This document shows, piece after piece, positions 15,527 through 19,652 of a stretch of DNA of 19,652 nt. A model generated the notes under the pieces. It worked only from the letters and a program-made list of their open reading frames with translations. It had not been told where the DNA came from and did no database searches. The stretch comes from Fidelibacterota bacterium (GTDB taxonomy: Bacteria; Fidelibacterota; Marinisomatia; Marinisomatales; S15-B10): NCBI GenBank assembly GCA_046861655.1, contig JBHIAI010000022.1:1-19652 (forward strand), written 5' to 3'. A program made the position numbers and the translations under genes. Every line of letters begins with the position of its first letter. The first letter of the stretch is position 1.

Positions 15527-15561
15527 CTGTAGAGTTTAGCCCGCTACAGAACAAGATGCAA
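15527..15561 (-). promoter_or_regulatory. Putative sigma70 promoter for the hypothetical-selD unit, with an inverted repeat around the -10
   Basis: Minus strand TTGCAT (15561-15556), 17 bp, TAAACT (15538-15533). Inverted repeat CTGTAG-N11-CTACAG at 15527-15549. Confidence 0.55.
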
Positions 15562-15701
15562 TATCGCGAGCTCTTCGTGAACCTTGAGGTTTACGGGACG
15601 TTTAACCGTTGTGTATCGGTATGCTTGGTACTAAATTGATATGAGTCGATGAAAACGCGCGTCGGTTTCCCTCCCCGGCATGAGCTAAAATTTCCCAGCC
15701 C

Positions 15702-17549
15702 ATGGTAAAGAAAGAGGTCAAACAGACAGACAGCGTTGTGATTCGTTTCGCGGGGGATTCCGGGGACGGAATGCAGCTCATGGGGGACCGGTTCACCCAT
15801 ACCACGGCCCGCATCGGCAACGATCTGGCCACCTTTCCGGATTATCCCGCGGAGATCCGGGCCCCTGCAGGAAGCCTGGCGGGCGTCAGCGCCTTCCAGC
15901 TTCAGTTTTCCAGCCATGACGTGTACACTCCCGGGGATCAACTGGATGTTCTGGTAGTCATGAATCCCGCCGCCTTGAAAGTCCATCTGGTCGATCTCAA
16001 ACCGGGAGGAACGATCATCGCCAACGCCTCGAGTTTCACCCTCCGAAACCTGAAGATGGCTGGATGGCAGTCCAATCCCCTTGAGGACGGAAGCCTCTCT
16101 GACTACAAAGTGTATGACATCGAAATCAGTCGGCTGGTTGCCAACGCCCTGGAGGACATGGGTTTGAACTCCAAGACGGTGGAGCGGACCAAAAACATGT
16201 TCGGTCTCGGACTGATGTACTGGATGTACGGACGTCCCATCGAGCCCACCCTGGAGTGGCTGAAGAAAAAATTCAAGTCGAGGCCGGAACTCATCGAAGC
16301 CAATGCCCGGTCCTTGAAGGCCGGATATCATTTCGGGGATATATCGGAAATCTTTGCCGCCAGCTACCGGGTGGGGAAAGCACCCCTTAAAGCAGGGACG
16401 TACCGGAACATCACCGGGAATCATGCCCTGGGTCTGGGCCTGGTGGCGGCCAGCAAGATGTCGGGCCTTCCTCTTTTTTTCGGGGGCTACCCCATCACCC
16501 CAGCCAGCGATATTCTTCACCAGCTGTCCCGTTACCGGAACTTCGGAGTGAAGACCTTCCAGGCCGAAGATGAAATCGCTTCCATCGGTGCCGCCCTGGG
16601 GGCGGCCTACGCCGGTAGCCTTGCCGTCACGGCTTCCTCCGGTCCCGGGATTGCCCTTAAGAGCGAGACCATCGGACTGGCGGTAATGACGGAGCTTCCT
16701 CTTGTGATCTTCGACGTCCAGAGAGCCGGCCCCAGTACGGGTATGCCCACCAAAACGGAGCAGGCCGACCTGTTCCAGGCCATGTTCGGACGAAACAGCG
16801 AGTCTCCCGTTCCTGTCCTGGCCGCCGCAACCCCCGGGGATTGCTTTTTGGTGGCCTATGAAGCCTGCCGGATTGCCGTCAAATACATGACCCCGGTGAT
16901 CGTCCTTTCCGATGCCTACCTGGCCAACGGGTCAGAACCGTGGAAGATACCCGGTGTGGAGAATCTCCCCCCTATCCCGGTGAAGTTTCCCGGGGAGGGT
17001 GACGGTCAGTTTAACCCCTACGAGCGGGATGAAACCACTCTGGCCAGAGAGTGGGCTCTTCCGGGAACCGTGGGGTTGGAACATCGCATCGGGGGGCTGG
17101 AAAAGGAGAGCATCACCGGGAACGTGAGTTACGACCCCGATAACCACGATTTGATGACGCGACTGAGAGCCCGGAAGGTGGCGGGGATGACCCGGGAGAT
17201 TCCCGACTCGGAGGTCTTCGGGGAAAAAACGGGAGATCTGTTGGTCCTGGGATGGGGAAGCACGTACGGTGCAATCCGCACGGCTGTGGAACGGACCCTG
17301 GACGAAGGCCTGTCCGTTGCCCAGCTTCACCTGCGATGGTTGAACCCCCTCCCCTCTGACCTGGGAGAAATCCTCCTCAAGTACCAGAAGATTCTGGTCC
17401 CAGAGGTGAACATGGGACAGTTGAACCGGCTCATCCGGTCTGAGTACCTGGTCGATGCCGAAGGATCGAACCTGGTGAGAGGCAGACCCATCCGGTCTTC
17501 TGTCGTGGTCGGGAAAATCAAATCCATGCTGGGAGTTGACCATGAGTGA
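15702..17549 (+). CDS. korA: 2-oxoacid:ferredoxin oxidoreductase subunit alpha (gamma-alpha fusion; 615 aa)
   Basis: RFAGDSGDGMQL, YPAEIR, YPITPAS, QAEDEIA, QRAGPSTGMPTK and GWGSTYG motifs. Confidence 0.93.
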   Translation: MVKKEVKQTDSVVIRFAGDSGDGMQLMGDRFTHTTARIGNDLATFPDYPAEIRAPAGSLAGVSAFQLQFSSHDVYTPGDQLDVLVVMNPAALKVHLVDLKPGGTIIANASSFTLRNLKMAGWQSNPLEDGSLSDYKVYDIEISRLVANALEDMGLNSKTVERTKNMFGLGLMYWMYGRPIEPTLEWLKKKFKSRPELIEANARSLKAGYHFGDISEIFAASYRVGKAPLKAGTYRNITGNHALGLGLVAASKMSGLPLFFGGYPITPASDILHQLSRYRNFGVKTFQAEDEIASIGAALGAAYAGSLAVTASSGPGIALKSETIGLAVMTELPLVIFDVQRAGPSTGMPTKTEQADLFQAMFGRNSESPVPVLAAATPGDCFLVAYEACRIAVKYMTPVIVLSDAYLANGSEPWKIPGVENLPPIPVKFPGEGDGQFNPYERDETTLAREWALPGTVGLEHRIGGLEKESITGNVSYDPDNHDLMTRLRARKVAGMTREIPDSEVFGEKTGDLLVLGWGSTYGAIRTAVERTLDEGLSVAQLHLRWLNPLPSDLGEILLKYQKILVPEVNMGQLNRLIRSEYLVDAEGSNLVRGRPIRSSVVVGKIKSMLGVDHE

Positions 17550-18561
17550 AACCAAACTGGAGACCCCCCTTACCCGCAAGGACTTTGTGTCCGATCAGGA
17601 TGTCAGATGGTGTCCAGGATGCGGGGACTATTCCATCCTGGCTCAGACCCAGAAGGTTTTTCCCGATCTTGGTGTCGCCCGGGAGAAGTTCGTGTTTATT
17701 TCCGGCATCGGATGTTCGAGCCGGTTCCCCTACTACATGAATACGTACGGGTTCCATACCATTCACGGCCGGGCACCGGCCATCGCTTCCGGTGTAAAGC
17801 TGGCCAATCCGGACCTGTCGGTATGGGTGATCACGGGCGACGGGGACGCCTTGAGCATCGGAGGGAATCACTTTCTGCACACTCTCCGAAGAAACCTGGA
17901 TATCAACATCGTGCTTTTTAACAATGAAATCTACGGACTGACCAAAGGCCAGTATTCGCCCACCTCCGAACTGGGAAAGATCACCAAATCTACCCCCTTC
18001 GGGTCCCTCGACAGGCCGTTCAATCCGCCTGCGGTAGCCCTGGGTGCTTCAGCCACCTTTGTGGCCAGGTCCATCGACGTTTTCGGCAGTCACCTTCAGG
18101 ATATGCTCCACCGGTCCTTCGAACACCACGGTACCTCCTTTCTTGAGGTGTACCAGAACTGTCTCATTTTCAACGACGGTGCTTTCGGCGACCTGACCGA
18201 TAAGGATGTGAAAGACGACCACGTTCTGGTGCTGGAACACGGCAAACCCCTGGTGTTTGGGAAGGACGGGGACAGGGGGATCCGCCTGGATGGATTCACT
18301 CCGCAAGTGGTAACCCTGGGAAAGCAGGCGTCAAAAGACGATCTGTTGGTACACAACGAAACGGACAAGAATCTTGCCGTGATTCTGGCCCGGCTTACCT
18401 ATGATGACCGGTTTCCCAAGCCCATCGGTGTCCTGTACCGATCAGATGAACCCGCCTACGAGGACATGCTGGCGGCCCAGATTAAAAAAGCGAAGGAAAC
18501 CCTGGGTGAGGGAGATCTGGCCGAAGAGTTGCGCGGAACGGATACGTGGGAGGTTGACTGA
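17542..18561 (+). CDS. korB: 2-oxoacid:ferredoxin oxidoreductase subunit beta (339 aa)
   Basis: WCPGCG, SGIGCSSR, HGRA, TPP-binding GDGD...NN and YGLTKGQYSPT motifs. GGGAG precedes ATG 17542. Confidence 0.93.
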   Translation: MSETKLETPLTRKDFVSDQDVRWCPGCGDYSILAQTQKVFPDLGVAREKFVFISGIGCSSRFPYYMNTYGFHTIHGRAPAIASGVKLANPDLSVWVITGDGDALSIGGNHFLHTLRRNLDINIVLFNNEIYGLTKGQYSPTSELGKITKSTPFGSLDRPFNPPAVALGASATFVARSIDVFGSHLQDMLHRSFEHHGTSFLEVYQNCLIFNDGAFGDLTDKDVKDDHVLVLEHGKPLVFGKDGDRGIRLDGFTPQVVTLGKQASKDDLLVHNETDKNLAVILARLTYDDRFPKPIGVLYRSDEPAYEDMLAAQIKKAKETLGEGDLAEELRGTDTWEVD

Positions 18562-18599
18562 CCTCCAGCCGGCCCCCCCGTTTTCATCCCTGAACTAAC

Positions 18600-18623
18600 T
18601 GGTACAATCCTAAAGCTAAGGAG
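18600..18623 (+). promoter_or_regulatory. Extended -10 element and ribosome-binding site of fumC
   Basis: TGG-TACAAT at 18600-18608 and AAGGAG at 18618-18623. Confidence 0.45.
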
Positions 18624-18632
18624 ATTCTGGTC

Positions 18633-19652
18633 ATGGATTTTCGCGTCGAAACGGATACCATGGGGGAAATGAAGGTCCCTTCCCATAAGTACTGGGGAGC
18701 TCAGACCCAGCGGTCGCTGGAGAATTTCCGGATTGGCCGGGAACATTTCCCCAGGGAGTTCATCCGGGCCTACGGTCTGATCAAACAGGTGGCGGCCCAG
18801 GTGAACGCTGAGCTGGGGATCCTTGACAAAAAGGTTGCGGATGTCATCGCTGACGTGGCTCAGGAAGTCATGGACGGCGAACACGACGACCACTTTCCTC
18901 TGGTCATCTGGCAGACGGGCAGCGGTACCCAGACCAACATGAATTTCAACGAAGTGATCGCCAACCGTGCCATCGAACGGATGGGAGGTGACATGGGTTC
19001 CAAGAGCCCGGTCCATCCCAATGATCACGTCAACAAATCCCAGTCCACAAACGACACGTTTCCTACGGCCATCAATGTGGCAGCGGCCGTGGAGATCACG
19101 GGCCGGCTCATTCCCGAGGTGGAGGGACTCCGGGACTCCCTGGAGAAGAAAGCAGCCGAGTTCAAGGATATCGTGAAGCTAGGACGAACCCACCTTCAGG
19201 ATGCCACCCCCCTGACCCTGGGACAGGAATTCTCCGGGTACGCTTCCCAACTCTCCCACGCCCTGAATGCTGTGGAGAACGCCCTTTCCCACCTTTATGA
19301 ACTGGCCATGGGGGGGACTGCTGTGGGGACGGGAATCAACGCACCGGAAGGGTTTGCCGAGAAGGTGGCGGAAAGAATCGCTCAAAAAACGGGACTCCCG
19401 TTCAGGACCGCACCCAATAAGTTCGAAGCCCTGGGGGCTCACGACGCCGCGGTGGAGATGGCCGGGAGCCTGACCACCCTGGCGGTTTCACTCAATAAGA
19501 TCGCCAACGATGTCCGGTGGCGCGGGCGCGGACCGGCGATCCTGATCGACCCCGGGGCAATCGGGGCCGATGCCGGGCATCGGCCGCGGTCGTCGCGGCG
19601 ACGGGTATTTCCGGCTGTGGCGATGGGCGTCGTGCTGCATGAGCTGGCTCAT
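18633..19652 (+). CDS. fumC: Class II fumarate hydratase, partial. It is absent from the ORF track because there is no stop in the window. Recognisable homology ends at 19520.
   Basis: Manual translation gives [91 protein letters not shown] and KIANDVRW. Confidence 0.93.
   Translation, partial: MDFRVETDTMGEMKVPSHKYWGAQTQRSLENFRIGREHFPREFIRAYGLIKQVAAQVNAELGILDKKVADVIADVAQEVMDGEHDDHFPLVIWQTGSGTQTNMNFNEVIANRAIERMGGDMGSKSPVHPNDHVNKSQSTNDTFPTAINVAAAVEITGRLIPEVEGLRDSLEKKAAEFKDIVKLGRTHLQDATPLTLGQEFSGYASQLSHALNAVENALSHLYELAMGGTAVGTGINAPEGFAEKVAERIAQKTGLPFRTAPNKFEALGAHDAAVEMAGSLTTLAVSLNKIANDVRWRGRGPAILIDPGAIGADAGHRPRSSRRRVFPAVAMGVVLHELAH
19521..19652 (+). other. Apparently foreign sequence fused in frame to fumC, encoding a fragment that ends in an HExxH motif
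   Basis: Reads [44 protein letters not shown] instead of the conserved FumC L.SGP..G..E..GSSIMPGKVNP. GC is 96/132 (73%) versus 73/120 (61%) for 19381-19500. Confidence 0.7.

Noticed and set aside
15527..15549. LexA (SOS) box upstream of the 272-aa gene
   Set aside because: The spacing is CTGT-N15-ACAG, not the CTGT-N8-ACAG of the E. coli-type box. No GAAC-N4-GTTC box is present either.
15591..16520. 309-aa minus-strand ORF
   Set aside because: It is an antisense shadow of korA.
18456..19473. Short ORFs listed over the fumC region
   Set aside because: They are alternative-frame or antisense ORFs. The real gene is fumC from ATG 18633.

Overview
Bacterial chromosomal window of roughly 55-60% GC by eye. 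Gene content and order suggest an FCB-superphylum organism such as Marinimicrobia, but this is an inference. Positions 1-15495 carry a long run of minus-strand genes: hypothetical protein, selenocysteine-containing selD (in-frame TGA plus SECIS, truncated in the ORF track), ferredoxin, AmmeMemoRadiSam radical SAM enzyme, a small 4-Cys protein, sufB-sufC-sufD-sufU-sufT-sufS-iscS, an Rrf2 regulator, a DUF59 protein, iscA, a half-size DUF2480-like protein, a dCMP deaminase-family gene, etfB-etfA and the start of a probable membrane protein. The plus strand carries korA-korB (2-oxoacid:ferredoxin oxidoreductase) and fumC. FumC homology stops abruptly at 19520 and the last 132 bp are GC-richer, apparently foreign sequence ending in an HExxH motif. 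Non-coding features include three related 25-bp IscR/Rrf2-type operators over the rrf2 and ferredoxin promoters, several well-spaced sigma70 promoters, and degenerate 7-/8-nt tandem repeats in four spacers of the Fe-S cluster. No tRNA, rRNA, CRISPR array or transposase was seen.
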